41,250 bases of DNA, from the IMG/VR virus record IMGVR_UViG_3300020057_000067, positions 1 to 41,250 of that record; one strand, given 5' to 3'. Made by a program: the position numbers and the translations under genes. The number at the start of each line of letters is the position of its first letter. The first letter of the stretch is position 1. This DNA is from a virus. Its lineage: Duplodnaviria; Caudoviricetes. The notes beneath the pieces were generated by a model. It saw only the letters and a list, made by a program, of their open reading frames with translations. It searched no databases and had not been told where the DNA came from. Of this stretch, positions 9,780 through 19,900 are shown in pieces.

Positions 9780-10985
9780 ATGGCTAGGGGGCTGTTCCGG
9801 CACCCGCCGCACCCGCAGCCCCAGCAGCGGCATGTAACCGAGTCTGGGCCGAACGTCGTCGAGCGCACGGCCACCGATAGCCTCGCACTCTCCGACTCTG
9901 CCGCGCGTGGCGGGACGTTCGTACGCACCATCACCGATGCGCTCAGCCTGTCCGATGTAGCCACCAGGCTCTTCTCCGGGGCTCGTACCATCACCGATGC
10001 GCTGGGACTGTCAGACGTCGCTGCACGGGTCCTGACGATACTGCGCACCGTCACTGATGCTCTCGGACTGTCAGACGTGGCCACGCGCTCTGGCACGTTC
10101 CTGCGAACGGTCACGGACGCTCTGTCGCTGTCAGACGTAGCGACACGAGTAGGCACGTTCCTGCGTTCGACCACGGACGCCCTGGGGCTGTCAGACGTCG
10201 CGACGCAGACCAAGACGATACTGCGCACCGCCACCGATGCGCTCGGGCTATCGGATGTAGCCACCAGGACCGGCGCCTACCTCCGCACCGCCACTGACGC
10301 CGTGGGGCTGTCAGACGTGGCCTCAGTGGTCAAGGCACTCTTACGCACCGCCACCGATGCCCTGGCGCTCGCAGACGTACCGTCGCGGGTCCTGGCGGCC
10401 GCGCGCTCCACGTCGGACGCTATCGGGCTGTCGGATGTCGCCTCACGCGCGGGGACCTTCCTGCGTACCGCCTCCGATGCCCTGTCACTGTCGGACGTGG
10501 CGACACGAGCGGGCACGTTCCTTCGCTCCGTCACGGACGCGGTATCGCTCGCGGACACCGTCGCGCGAGTCGGCACGTTCCTGCGCACGACTGCCGATGC
10601 TCTCGCCCTTGCCGATGTCGCCGAGGCCGTCAAGTCCGGCGGCACCGCGCTCTTCCGAACGGTGACCGATGCGTTGTCGCTGTCGGATGTCGCTACCAGG
10701 ACGGGCACCTTCGCCCGCACTGCCTCCGATGCCCTTGGCCTGTCGGACGTGGCCACGAGGGTACGCGGACTGCTGCGTACCGTCACCGATGCTCTGGGCC
10801 TGTCAGACGTGGCGACCCGCAGCGCCGCGGGCCTCCCGTCCGTATCCATCGCCGCGGCTGATGTCGTCGCATCAGGACAGGCCGCAGTGGTCGAGCAAGC
10901 CAGCAGCCACGCCGAAGTCGTGACGCACACCAGCAGTCACGCCGAAGTCACCGACTCGCCGCCGAGGATCAGCTCGGCCGACTAG
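9780..10985 (+). CDS. Virion protein with 16 tandem 20-aa repeats
   Basis: Repeat consensus RTxTDALGLSDVATRxGTFL. Confidence 0.75.
   Translation: MARGLFRHPPHPQPQQRHVTESGPNVVERTATDSLALSDSAARGGTFVRTITDALSLSDVATRLFSGARTITDALGLSDVAARVLTILRTVTDALGLSDVATRSGTFLRTVTDALSLSDVATRVGTFLRSTTDALGLSDVATQTKTILRTATDALGLSDVATRTGAYLRTATDAVGLSDVASVVKALLRTATDALALADVPSRVLAAARSTSDAIGLSDVASRAGTFLRTASDALSLSDVATRAGTFLRSVTDAVSLADTVARVGTFLRTTADALALADVAEAVKSGGTALFRTVTDALSLSDVATRTGTFARTASDALGLSDVATRVRGLLRTVTDALGLSDVATRSAAGLPSVSIAAADVVASGQAAVVEQASSHAEVVTHTSSHAEVTDSPPRISSAD
9864..10835 (+). repeat. 60-bp coding tandem repeat, 16 degenerate copies
   Basis: A 60-nt period is visible as vertical alignment in the sequence lines; copy 13 is 12 nt longer. 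Confidence 0.9.
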
Positions 10986-10999
10986 CTAGCCAGATCCCC

Positions 11000-11026
11000 A
11001 GCCCTCCCCTGACAAGGAGGGCTTTT
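11000..11026 (+). terminator. Intrinsic terminator
   Basis: AGCCCTCC-8 nt loop-GGAGGGCT followed by TTT. Confidence 0.6.
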
Positions 11027-11040
11027 CGTCATGGAGTCCC

Positions 11041-11979
11041 ATGTCCGTCCACCTCACCATCTCCCTGACCGAAACCGCCGCCGACCTCATCACCGGCTAC
11101 AGCTCTGGAGCAAAGCTCTACCTCGAGTCGGCCACGACCGAAGGTGGCTCGTACTCAGCCGTCACGAATACCGCGCTCGTCTCGGGCACCGAGATATACG
11201 AGTTCTGGGATGTCAACGGCGCGTCCTCGACGTGGTACAAGTCGCGCGCTGGGAACAGCGGCGGCACCGTCTACGGCGCCTATTCGGCAGCGTTCCAGGC
11301 GACCTCGCTCGCTGCGTACGCGTCGCTCATGGACCTGCGCGAGTCGATGGACTTGCACAGCACGGACAAGGATAACCACCTACTCGACCTGCTCCGCGAC
11401 GGCAAGGACTACATCGACTCGCGATGTCATCGGACATTCCTTCGGGTGCCCCAGGTCTCGGGCGATGTGACGGTCTACGTCGATGTCGTGCGCGATGGCA
11501 TGACGAGTCTCGTGCTCGCCTCGATGGGTGGATATACCACCAACGGCAGGCCGCTGGACATCATCAGCGTGACCTCGATGGGCATCCGCTCCGATGAGAG
11601 CGTCGCTGCGTACACGACCATCGCGGCAGGGGACACCGGCTACTACCTCGATGGCGGCGACGGCATCGGCGCGGCTGGCACCGACTGGCCATACGAGGAC
11701 ATCTCGTTGTCCCCACATGGCACCAACCACACCACATACCCGCTCGGCAAGCGCGCCGTCAAGCTCGTCTGCGCGCTCGGTTTCCCTGTGATCCCCCGGC
11801 TCGTACGCGGTGCGAACCTCGACTGGGCACGGGACGAGTATCGACGAGGACCGGGTGGCGGCTCATCGACCACGTACCTCGATACCCCTGATGGCGTCCG
11901 CCCCATCGATATCCCGACCTACGTCCGGCTCACCGCCAAGGGCAGCCCATACGTACGTCGCACGTTCGCCAACATCTGA
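11041..11979 (+). CDS. Head-tail adaptor (gp6-like) with extra N-terminal domain
   Basis: AYASLMDLRE...YIDSRCHRTF...LGFPVIPRLVRGA adaptor pattern. Confidence 0.7.
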   Translation: MSVHLTISLTETAADLITGYSSGAKLYLESATTEGGSYSAVTNTALVSGTEIYEFWDVNGASSTWYKSRAGNSGGTVYGAYSAAFQATSLAAYASLMDLRESMDLHSTDKDNHLLDLLRDGKDYIDSRCHRTFLRVPQVSGDVTVYVDVVRDGMTSLVLASMGGYTTNGRPLDIISVTSMGIRSDESVAAYTTIAAGDTGYYLDGGDGIGAAGTDWPYEDISLSPHGTNHTTYPLGKRAVKLVCALGFPVIPRLVRGANLDWARDEYRRGPGGGSSTTYLDTPDGVRPIDIPTYVRLTAKGSPYVRRTFANI

Positions 11980-12449
11980 TGGCATCTCCCATCAGCGTCG
12001 AGCTGGACGCCAAGGCGCTGGCACGGTTCGCGAAGCGCGTCGAGAAGTGGCAAGGCCGACCACTGTCGGACCGCATGGGCCGCGGCACCATCGAGGCCGC
12101 CCGCCTGATGGTCGGTCCGATCCGCGCACTCACCCCAAGGGGGACCGGCAACCTGAGCCGCAGCGTCAAGGCGCAATCCTACCGCGCTGCCTTCAGCGGC
12201 GGGACCATCGCCAGCGCCAAGGTCGGGCCGACGGCACGGCACCGGGCGCTCGTCATCTGGGGCACCAAGCCACACTCCCTCGCCACCAAGCGAACCGGGC
12301 GCAGTCCGTGGGTCGCGTTCGGGTCGCGCGTCTTCCCGGCTGCCTTGGTATCCCACCCCGGCGCTACCGCCAACCCATTCGTGGACAAGGCAGTCCAGGC
12401 CACCAGCAATCAGGCGTTCGCCGAGATCGTCCGTCAGTTGAGGGTCTGA
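11979..12449 (+). CDS. Neck or tail completion protein (HK97 gp10-like)
   Basis: Basic protein with TPRGTGNLSRSV, WGTKPH and HPGATANPFV. Confidence 0.75.
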   Translation: MASPISVELDAKALARFAKRVEKWQGRPLSDRMGRGTIEAARLMVGPIRALTPRGTGNLSRSVKAQSYRAAFSGGTIASAKVGPTARHRALVIWGTKPHSLATKRTGRSPWVAFGSRVFPAALVSHPGATANPFVDKAVQATSNQAFAEIVRQLRV

Positions 12450-12450
12450 C

Positions 12451-12927
12451 ATGTCCCTGCAAGCGATCATGGACGCCATCGCCACACGCGCCGCTACCGG
12501 GCTCGCTGCCGCCGATGGCACGACGGGATTGCCGGGGCTCAAGGCGTGCTTCAGCTCGGCCTCGTCGTCGGCCCCGTCCGTACTCATCCCGCGTTCCGTC
12601 GATGACTGGCCCATCGGCTTCGTGCTGCCGGGAGGGGGACAGCAGGAACCTGGCAACTACGAGCTGCTGGTGCATGCCATCCGCCTCGATATCTGGGTCG
12701 GCGCTGCCGATATCGGCTACGCGGTCAAGACCATCGTGCCGCTCATCGACCGCTGCCGCATCCATTTCCGCAGCGACATCGACAACGGCCTGACTTGCCA
12801 GCGCCTGCTGATGACCGGCTACGACCAGCTCGACCCAGACGAAGCCCACGGCAAGCCGTTCCTCGTGCTCTCCATCCGCCTCGAAGCGCTGGAGCTAGAG
12901 GTCGGAGGCTCGCTCTACAGCACATGA
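12451..12927 (+). CDS. Putative tail terminator
   Basis: Position just before the tail tube gene; 158 aa. Confidence 0.55.
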   Translation: MSLQAIMDAIATRAATGLAAADGTTGLPGLKACFSSASSSAPSVLIPRSVDDWPIGFVLPGGGQQEPGNYELLVHAIRLDIWVGAADIGYAVKTIVPLIDRCRIHFRSDIDNGLTCQRLLMTGYDQLDPDEAHGKPFLVLSIRLEALELEVGGSLYST

Positions 12928-12938
12928 CAGGAGTACCG

Positions 12939-13109
12939 ATGCCCAAGGCCAAGGAAGAGACCGTCCATATCTACCCCGTACCGGGCGTGTCCATCCCGCC
13001 CGACTTCAAGCCGCCCATCCGGCACGTCGAACAGGACGTGGACGCCGAGACATGGGAGCGCATCCAGCGATACACGCCGCCAGCTTTCACCGTAGCGCCA
13101 CAGGAGTAG
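12939..13109 (+). CDS. Small hypothetical protein
   Basis: AGGAG RBS then ATG at 12939; fills the gap before the tail tube gene. Confidence 0.5.
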   Translation: MPKAKEETVHIYPVPGVSIPPDFKPPIRHVEQDVDAETWERIQRYTPPAFTVAPQE

Positions 13110-13113
13110 GGAC

Positions 13114-14178
13114 ATGGCCACAGGATCACAAGCCGTCGAAAGCGTCAGGGCAAGCATCGAGACTGCCGAAGGTGCGGCCACGGCGCCGACCCGCCTGCTC
13201 TACGTGCCACAGGGCAGCGTCAGCGTCCAGCACAAGGTCGAGCAGTCGCGTGGTGTCTACGCGTGGGCGAAGTTCGATGCGACCCACGACATCTATCCCG
13301 AGATCCAGGACCTCACGCTCGTCATCGACAACATCAACGGCACGTACCAGGACATCGGTTTCTGGCTGTCAGGCATCGCCCGGGCCGGCTCGGCCGTGCC
13401 CTCCACGGTCGATACGTCGGCCTACAGCAGGACGGTCACGCCCGTCCAAACCTCCAGCGTCGTGGCGACCGATATCGACTCGTTCAACATCGAGTGGTCA
13501 AGCACCGACTTCGCCGGGACTCGTGTCTGGAAGATGCCGGGCATGGTCATCGAGGACCTGACCATCAACATGCGCAAGCGCGCATCGGGCACCGATACCG
13601 GCGTCACGTTCTCGCTCCGGTTCCGCTCCGCTTCAAAGCCGACGTTCGGCACCGCGTTCACCTCGTCGCTGTCGGACCGTGCCCAGACGCTCATCCTCGG
13701 CCAGCAGTTCGCCGCGTTCGTGGACTCCACAGCATCCGGCCTCGGCTCCACGGCCGATGGGAACATCATCGAGAGCACGTTCCATTTCGCGGTCCCGGCC
13801 GTCTTCCATGACGGCGCCATCGCGTCAGACGCGCACACCTCGATGCACCGGCCCAGCCCTTGGACCTCGGAGCTGTCGATCGTGCGCAAGTTCAGCGACT
13901 TGACCGAGTACACCGCCTACGTCGGCACCTCGTTCGTCAAGACGCTGCGGGCCATCCGTCTCCAGTTCGAGGGTGCGATCGTCGGCGGAGTGGACGCCAA
14001 GAACACGTTTCGCCTCGACTTCGTCGGCAAGCATCGCGAGATGTCCGACTCCCCAGTCCGGCGCGATGGGTTGTGGTACCAGTCGTTCGACCTCGATGGC
14101 GTGTACGACGCGACCGTTTTGGCCTCGTTCAAACTGTTCACCCAGAACAGCGTCTCGGCCTCTTACCGCTCCGCGTAA
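13114..14178 (+). CDS. Major tail (tube) protein
   Basis: IETAEGAATAPTR N-terminus; beta-rich, 354 aa; followed by chaperone and tape measure genes. Confidence 0.75.
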   Translation: MATGSQAVESVRASIETAEGAATAPTRLLYVPQGSVSVQHKVEQSRGVYAWAKFDATHDIYPEIQDLTLVIDNINGTYQDIGFWLSGIARAGSAVPSTVDTSAYSRTVTPVQTSSVVATDIDSFNIEWSSTDFAGTRVWKMPGMVIEDLTINMRKRASGTDTGVTFSLRFRSASKPTFGTAFTSSLSDRAQTLILGQQFAAFVDSTASGLGSTADGNIIESTFHFAVPAVFHDGAIASDAHTSMHRPSPWTSELSIVRKFSDLTEYTAYVGTSFVKTLRAIRLQFEGAIVGGVDAKNTFRLDFVGKHREMSDSPVRRDGLWYQSFDLDGVYDATVLASFKLFTQNSVSASYRSA

Positions 14179-14185
14179 ACCAGAT

Positions 14186-14223
14186 GAGCCCTCCCCGCGG
14201 GCCTGACCCCGTGGGGAGGGCTC
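14186..14223 (+). terminator. Strong hairpin after the tail tube gene
   Basis: GAGCCCTCCCCGCGGG pairs with CCCGTGGGGAGGGCTC; no U-tract. Confidence 0.5.
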
Positions 14224-14245
14224 TGCCCTTGTCAGGAAGGACGAT

Positions 14246-14644
14246 ATGACCGACGAAGAGCGCATCGAGGCGCTGAGACTTGGCCGGGCGCTGCTTAGCG
14301 ATGGCCGCTGGGTAGCACTCCGCCCGCAGTACCTGTCCGAGCGTTTCGCACTCGAGGACATCCGCAAGCTCGACGGCGAAAAGCTGGAACCTAACGACCT
14401 GTATCGCAAGCTGCTGGCCATCCTTGAGCCAGCCGTCATCGGTACGTCATGGGGCGGTACGGTCGCCGAGACGACGCCCGTCCAGATGGGCGAGCTGTTC
14501 GGCCTCTGGCCGGCCATCACCGAGGCCGCCGTCATGGACCCTACGAGCGCGAACGGCTCCGGGACGAATCGGTCTCAGCGACGTTCGCGGCCCGCAAGGG
14601 GCAAGCCACCAGTATCAGCGTCCCCTTCGAACATGAAGTCCTGA
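14246..14644 (+). CDS. Tail assembly chaperone (G)
   Basis: Lies between tail tube and tape measure genes; GGAAGGA RBS. Confidence 0.7.
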   Translation: MTDEERIEALRLGRALLSDGRWVALRPQYLSERFALEDIRKLDGEKLEPNDLYRKLLAILEPAVIGTSWGGTVAETTPVQMGELFGLWPAITEAAVMDPTSANGSGTNRSQRRSRPARGKPPVSASPSNMKS

Positions 14645-14766
14645 GCGTCGCCCGTCACTGGGGCGTACCGCCGTGGACCATCGTCCACCCCGACCGACCA
14701 CCCACCGAGGCTGAGGTCTCTGGCTGGTTCTGGCTGACCCGCATCTTTTCCCACCTGGAGTTGTGA
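14540..14766 (+). CDS. Frameshifted extension (GT) of the tail assembly chaperone
   Basis: The -1 frame from GGACCCTAC reads PYERERLRDE...VARHWGVPPWTI...WFWL and ends at the tape measure start. Confidence 0.6.
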
Positions 14767-16901
14767 TGGCGTTCAAGGAAGAGGGCACCCTCCAGCTAAG
14801 CATTTTGGCAAAGGACTTGGCGTCCGGCAACATCGGCAAGTTCCTCGGCGACATGGACAAGATGGCCAAGAAGGGCGGCCTGATGGGGTCCGTCTTCCAG
14901 GGCGTCGGCCAGAGCTTCGGGCAGATGCTCAATCCCGTCGCCCTGGTGGGCAAGGGCATCGGCATGGTCACCGACTTCCTCGGCGACGCTGTGACTGCGG
15001 CCGCCGAGGAAGAGGCGTCGATCGCGCAGTTGTCCCGTTCCCTCGAGGAGAACTCCGCGAGCTGGGACGGCAATATGAATGCCATCGAGGAAGTCATCTC
15101 GGCGCGGGAGCAACTGGCCTTCGCCGATGACGAACAGCGCGACTCGTTGCGCCAGCTCGTGGCTGTCACGAAAGACCACGAGGAAGCCCTCCGTCTCCAG
15201 CGTACCGCGATGGACCTCGCACGCCTCAAGGACATGAGCCTCGCGGACGCTGGCACGCTGCTTGGCAAGGTCTACGGCGGCAACGTCAGTATCCTGCGCC
15301 GCTACGGTATCCAGCTCAAGGCGGGCACCTCGGCGACTGAAGCTCTCGCTGCTGTCCAGAAGATGGCCGCGGGGCAGGCCGAGACATTCGCCGATACGGC
15401 GCAGGGCAAGGGTGTCGTCGCGCAGCTCGCGCTACAGAACGCGATGGAAGACCTCGGGTCGGTACTCACGCCGCTGATGGCTGACTTCGCGTCCTTCGCC
15501 GCTGATGTCATCCCGAAGATCGCCGACGCCATCGGCAACCTTGGCGACGCGTTCAACAACCTGAATCGCTTCCTTGACCCGAACCTCGCGCTCCAGCAGG
15601 ACTATCTGGAGAAGTTGCCGGAGATCGCCAAGGAGGCCGGCGTCACCGTCGAACAGATCCTGGCGTACGATGCGGCGCAGGAGCGCGCCGCCAACTCTAC
15701 GGGGGCACAGGTCACCGCCATCGAAGCGCTCATCGCGGCGGAGCGCGCCTATTACGCCGCAAGCGGCACCGACAAGTTCGCCGCGAACGAAGCCGTCATC
15801 GCTCTCCTCGCGGCCGAGACCGGGCAGACCATAGAGCTGACGCGGGCCGTTGGTATGTCTGGTGTCAAGATCCGGGAGCAGATCACGATCCTGCTGGACC
15901 TGGCGGCGCAGAACATCTATTTCGTCGATACGTGGGAAGCGGCGACCGAGGCGGTCGAGACTAACACCGAGGCCATCGAGAAGGCCCGCGCCGCTGCCAT
16001 GGCCGTGGCCGAGCAAATGCGCCAGCAGGACATCATGGTCAAGGCGCTGACCGGCTCGTTCATCGGATTGTCGCTGGGCACCGAGGACGCCACGGACGCA
16101 TCGGCGAAACAGGCCGGGACGCTAAGAGCCGCTGCGCTCGCCACGGCGGCCTATGGCGCGCGTATGCAGGCCCTTGATGATGCGATGGAGGAGGCGGCTG
16201 AGACATTCCAGGAGCTTCGCGGCGAAGCGAAGCAGACCGAAAAGCTCTTCCAGAAGCTCATCGATGGCCCCAACGAAAATCGCAAGTCCATCAAGTTGCT
16301 GAGCGATGCGGTGGACAAATGGTCCACGCGCTACACCAGGGCATTGCTCAAGGGCCGCGATGATATCGCCAAGTTCTCCCTGGACCAGTTGCGTCAGGCC
16401 GAGACGGAACTGGCGTCCCGCAGAGACGTGCGGACCGAGATGGAAAAGCAGCGCAAGAAGGTGCAGGAGCTGAGCACCGAGCTGGGCAACGTCCCCAAGA
16501 AGACCATCGCGCGCGTCCTGCTCGAAGGCGGCGAGCATGCCGTCCGTCAACTGTCACTCATCAAGACCCTGCTCGGGGCATTGGGTGGTATCAGCACCCC
16601 TGCCATCACGGGCCGTTTCGCTGTCCTCGATGAGCGCAAGGGTGCGCGCAAGGACGGTGCCCACGGCGCCACGTACTCGCCCGGCGACTATGGCCTAGTC
16701 GGCGAGCGCGGGATGGAGCGCATCCGCAACGTCGGGGGCGTGACGCGGGTCGAGCCGATCCCTGGTGCATCTCGTGGCGGCGGCGTCACCGTCAACATCA
16801 GCATGGCGGGCGGTATCGTCCTCGGTTCCCCCCTCGGAGCACAGCAGTTCGCTGCCGCTGCCGGGCCTGCCATCGTGCGCTGGATGCGCCAGCAAAGCTA
16901 G
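14763..16901 (+). CDS. Tape measure protein
   Basis: 712 aa, Ala-rich and helical; AMDLARLK and LRRYGI motifs; C-terminal LVGERGMERI. Confidence 0.9.
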   Translation: MMAFKEEGTLQLSILAKDLASGNIGKFLGDMDKMAKKGGLMGSVFQGVGQSFGQMLNPVALVGKGIGMVTDFLGDAVTAAAEEEASIAQLSRSLEENSASWDGNMNAIEEVISAREQLAFADDEQRDSLRQLVAVTKDHEEALRLQRTAMDLARLKDMSLADAGTLLGKVYGGNVSILRRYGIQLKAGTSATEALAAVQKMAAGQAETFADTAQGKGVVAQLALQNAMEDLGSVLTPLMADFASFAADVIPKIADAIGNLGDAFNNLNRFLDPNLALQQDYLEKLPEIAKEAGVTVEQILAYDAAQERAANSTGAQVTAIEALIAAERAYYAASGTDKFAANEAVIALLAAETGQTIELTRAVGMSGVKIREQITILLDLAAQNIYFVDTWEAATEAVETNTEAIEKARAAAMAVAEQMRQQDIMVKALTGSFIGLSLGTEDATDASAKQAGTLRAAALATAAYGARMQALDDAMEEAAETFQELRGEAKQTEKLFQKLIDGPNENRKSIKLLSDAVDKWSTRYTRALLKGRDDIAKFSLDQLRQAETELASRRDVRTEMEKQRKKVQELSTELGNVPKKTIARVLLEGGEHAVRQLSLIKTLLGALGGISTPAITGRFAVLDERKGARKDGAHGATYSPGDYGLVGERGMERIRNVGGVTRVEPIPGASRGGGVTVNISMAGGIVLGSPLGAQQFAAAAGPAIVRWMRQQS

Positions 16902-19900
16902 ATGGCTACCAGCACACTCGTACCCATCCCGCACGTCCGTGTGCTCTGGCGGCCTGAGCAGTACAACAGGGTCGCCAATCCCGGCTTCGAAGTGGACACG
17001 ACCGGGTGGTCCGTGTCCGCTGGCATCAACGGTGCCGGCACCAGCATCACGCGCATCACCACGGACGATCGTACCGGGCTCGCCTGTGGCCAGCTCGTCA
17101 CGACCGCGACCGCCGGCTCTGGCGTCAACTATGACCTGGGTGCGTGGGGCTACTACCCCGAGAAGGACTACGGCACCATCTATGCCGTGACCGCATGGCT
17201 CAGGTGGGTCTCCGGTCCCCGCATCTGCAAGCTCGTCCTCGGCTCGCAAGGCACGACGTCACAACGTGACGAGTTGGTCATCACCGACCTTGCCGACCAG
17301 TGGACGCCGTACCGCCTGCTGTGGTCCCCGCGCGGTACGACCGTCATCACCGATGCCCAGCTCGCGCTCGTCACCATCACGGGCGAGATCCTCACGGTGA
17401 ATATCGATGACGTGACGCTGTACCAGCCCGAGGGTTTCTCGTGCGTCGAGAATGGCACCGGCAGGCTGCTATCGAGCGGTGCCCAGACCATCGTCGGATG
17501 GGACGCCAGCGCCAGCTACATCGCGTCGGCACCGACCACGCTGACCACGACCACGACCACACCATACGTCACCGATGCCGATGGCACGGAGGAGCGATAT
17601 CTGAGCGTGACGACGACCGCGACGGATGGCAGTGGGGTCGACTACCCCCTCGGAGACCGGCGGTTCGTGGCGGGCCGGACGTATCGGCTGCGCCTCGTCG
17701 TTCGGCAGAACGGGGGGTCTGGCGCCACCCTGCGCCTACGGTTCGGCTCGCTCGGCACCTCGGCCGACCGCTCGACGAGCGATGTGACGCTGGGCAGTGC
17801 CTGGGCGACCTACACGCTGGACTGGACACCGACCAGCGACCGTACCGATGCGCTCCTGACGTTGCAGAACGCCGCCGCCTCGACGCTCGCGTTCAAAGTT
17901 ACCCACATCGAGGTATACGACTCCCTCGATGAGTTGGGCTCTGCCCTCGGTGACTTCTCCTGGCAGCGTGGTGCGAACTTCGATGGCGGCAACGAGGCGG
18001 CGGGCACGTTCACGCTGTCCGTCATCGACCCGGCCGGCAACTACCAGCCCGCCAACGGCGATAACCTCAAGCTCCACGAAGCGCTCGGGTTCGCCCACAT
18101 GTGGCGACTCGGCGAACTGGCCGGCACCACTGCCTACGACAGCATCGGCACCCGCAACGGCACGTATGCCGGGACGTACACGCTCGGCAAGCCAGGCAGC
18201 CTCGCACCGGGCGACGCCGACCCATCGGTCCTGTTCGCCGATGCGGGAGCGACCAGTGGTCAAGTCCAGGTCGCAGACCACGCTGACTTCGACTTCATGG
18301 AGGGGACGGGTTCGTTCTCGATCGCCCTGAGGGTCAAGCGCACGGGCGAGACTGCCGGCGAGTCGGCGTGGCTCTTCCGCCGCGTGGCAGCTAACGGCGG
18401 CGTCGCCCTCTCCTGGTCAGCAGACGGAAATAGCATCCTGTTCCGACGGGACGACTCCTCGACCTTCGATGACCTCGAAGTGGCCCAGCCGACGCCATCG
18501 TTTGACGCGTGGCACTCCATCGTCGCGACCTATGACGGTGCCACGATGCGGCTGTACTTCGATGGCGTGCTGGCTGGCTCGCGGGCATCGACACAGAACA
18601 TCGGTACCCTCGCTGTGACATCGCGGATCGGCGGTAGTGGAACGTCTGGCCTGACCGGCTTCGAGGACGAGGTGGCGCTCGGCCCTGCCGTGCTCTCTGC
18701 CGACGATAGCAGGCGCCTGCACGCCGGCCCCAGTTCGCTCTACGGCTCGCTCGCCCCGGGGAGGCCGGTGCTCGGACGCGCCGACTATGGTGCGGACGGC
18801 TATCCGCTCTTCGTCGGCACCATCTCCGATATCGCGCCATCACCGTTCGAGGCTCGCGTCATCATCACCGGCACGGACCAGTTGGCGAGCATCGGGCGCG
18901 TCGGTATCCGGCAGGACTTCATCGAGTCCAAGAGCTACAGCGACTCGCGTCGGTTCGCCATCAGCCAGGGCCTGATGTACGGGAAGCAACGCTGGAGCCG
19001 TGTCGCCGCTGACATCCTCGGCTACAGCCGGATGGACCTCGCGAACGGCATCGAGGGCTCGACATTCTTTGACGGCACCGCCGACGTGACGGACCTCGCT
19101 AGCTATCTGTCAGCACTCAACGAGGCGACCGCGACCGTTCACTACATCGCGCCGCGCTACGATGCCAACGCTCCCTGGCGGTACACGACGGTGGACCGTG
19201 CGGCGCTGACGGACACCGCGGCGGGTACGACCATCGACGAGGACTTCGCCGATATCACGTCGCACAGCTCCGGCTTCGAGCGATTGCAGAACCGCCGACG
19301 GGTGACGTGGCAGAGCTATGACAGGCTGGTGCTGCCGCCCGATGTCAAGTTCGGGCAGCTCTACACATGGCTCGCCCGCGCCGCCGACCCAGCGCAGGCC
19401 GCCACGACGTACGCCGGAGACGCGGACCCGGCCGACCCTCCCTACCTCGCCTTCACCGACTCCCGTATCGGTGACAACACCGGCATCCCTGAGCCGGAGT
19501 TCCTGACCACCCGCACGCCCTTCCCATTTCTCGACGGTTACCTCGGCCGATGGGACATCCGGGGCAAGGGCAAGCGGCGGCGCATCGTCGTCAAGACCAT
19601 CACCATCGATACCACGACACGCATCTATCCCGATGCGCTCGTGCCCTTCAGCATGGCCGCCGGAGCGACGATGACCAAGTCGGTCGGCTTCGCCATCCCC
19701 GTGGCAGGTCTGTCAGTGGCGATGTTCGATGCGACGGTCGCCGCGACGGTCTACACCATCCTCACCGTGGACCCCACCGAGGTCATCATCGACTGGTGGG
19801 CGACGGCCGCGGATGACATCGAGTTCTTCGGCCTCTCCGGACGCCCGTTCCTGCCCCGCGAAGCCGCGGACGTAGAGCGCGAGGACGGGCTATCGATCCT

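Noticed and set aside
9864-10835. 60-bp repeats as a non-coding array or DGR repeat
   Set aside because: Variation is mostly synonymous or conservative with a preserved peptide; no reverse transcriptase is present.
11396-11413. Possible self-target of unit 1 (GCGACGGCAAGGACTACA versus ACGTCCGCAGGGACTACA)
   Set aside because: Only 14/18 identity. Single 9-mer spacer matches near 3515, 6485, 35913, 39284 and 39660 lack the partner half and are expected by chance. The search was by eye, not exhaustive.
11583-11615. Extra guide units at loop-repeat-like words (TGAGAGCGT near 11595, TGAGATCGG near 20746, TGTGAGCGA near 26340)
   Set aside because: They lack CGA nine nt upstream, TGG nine nt downstream and a closing stem.
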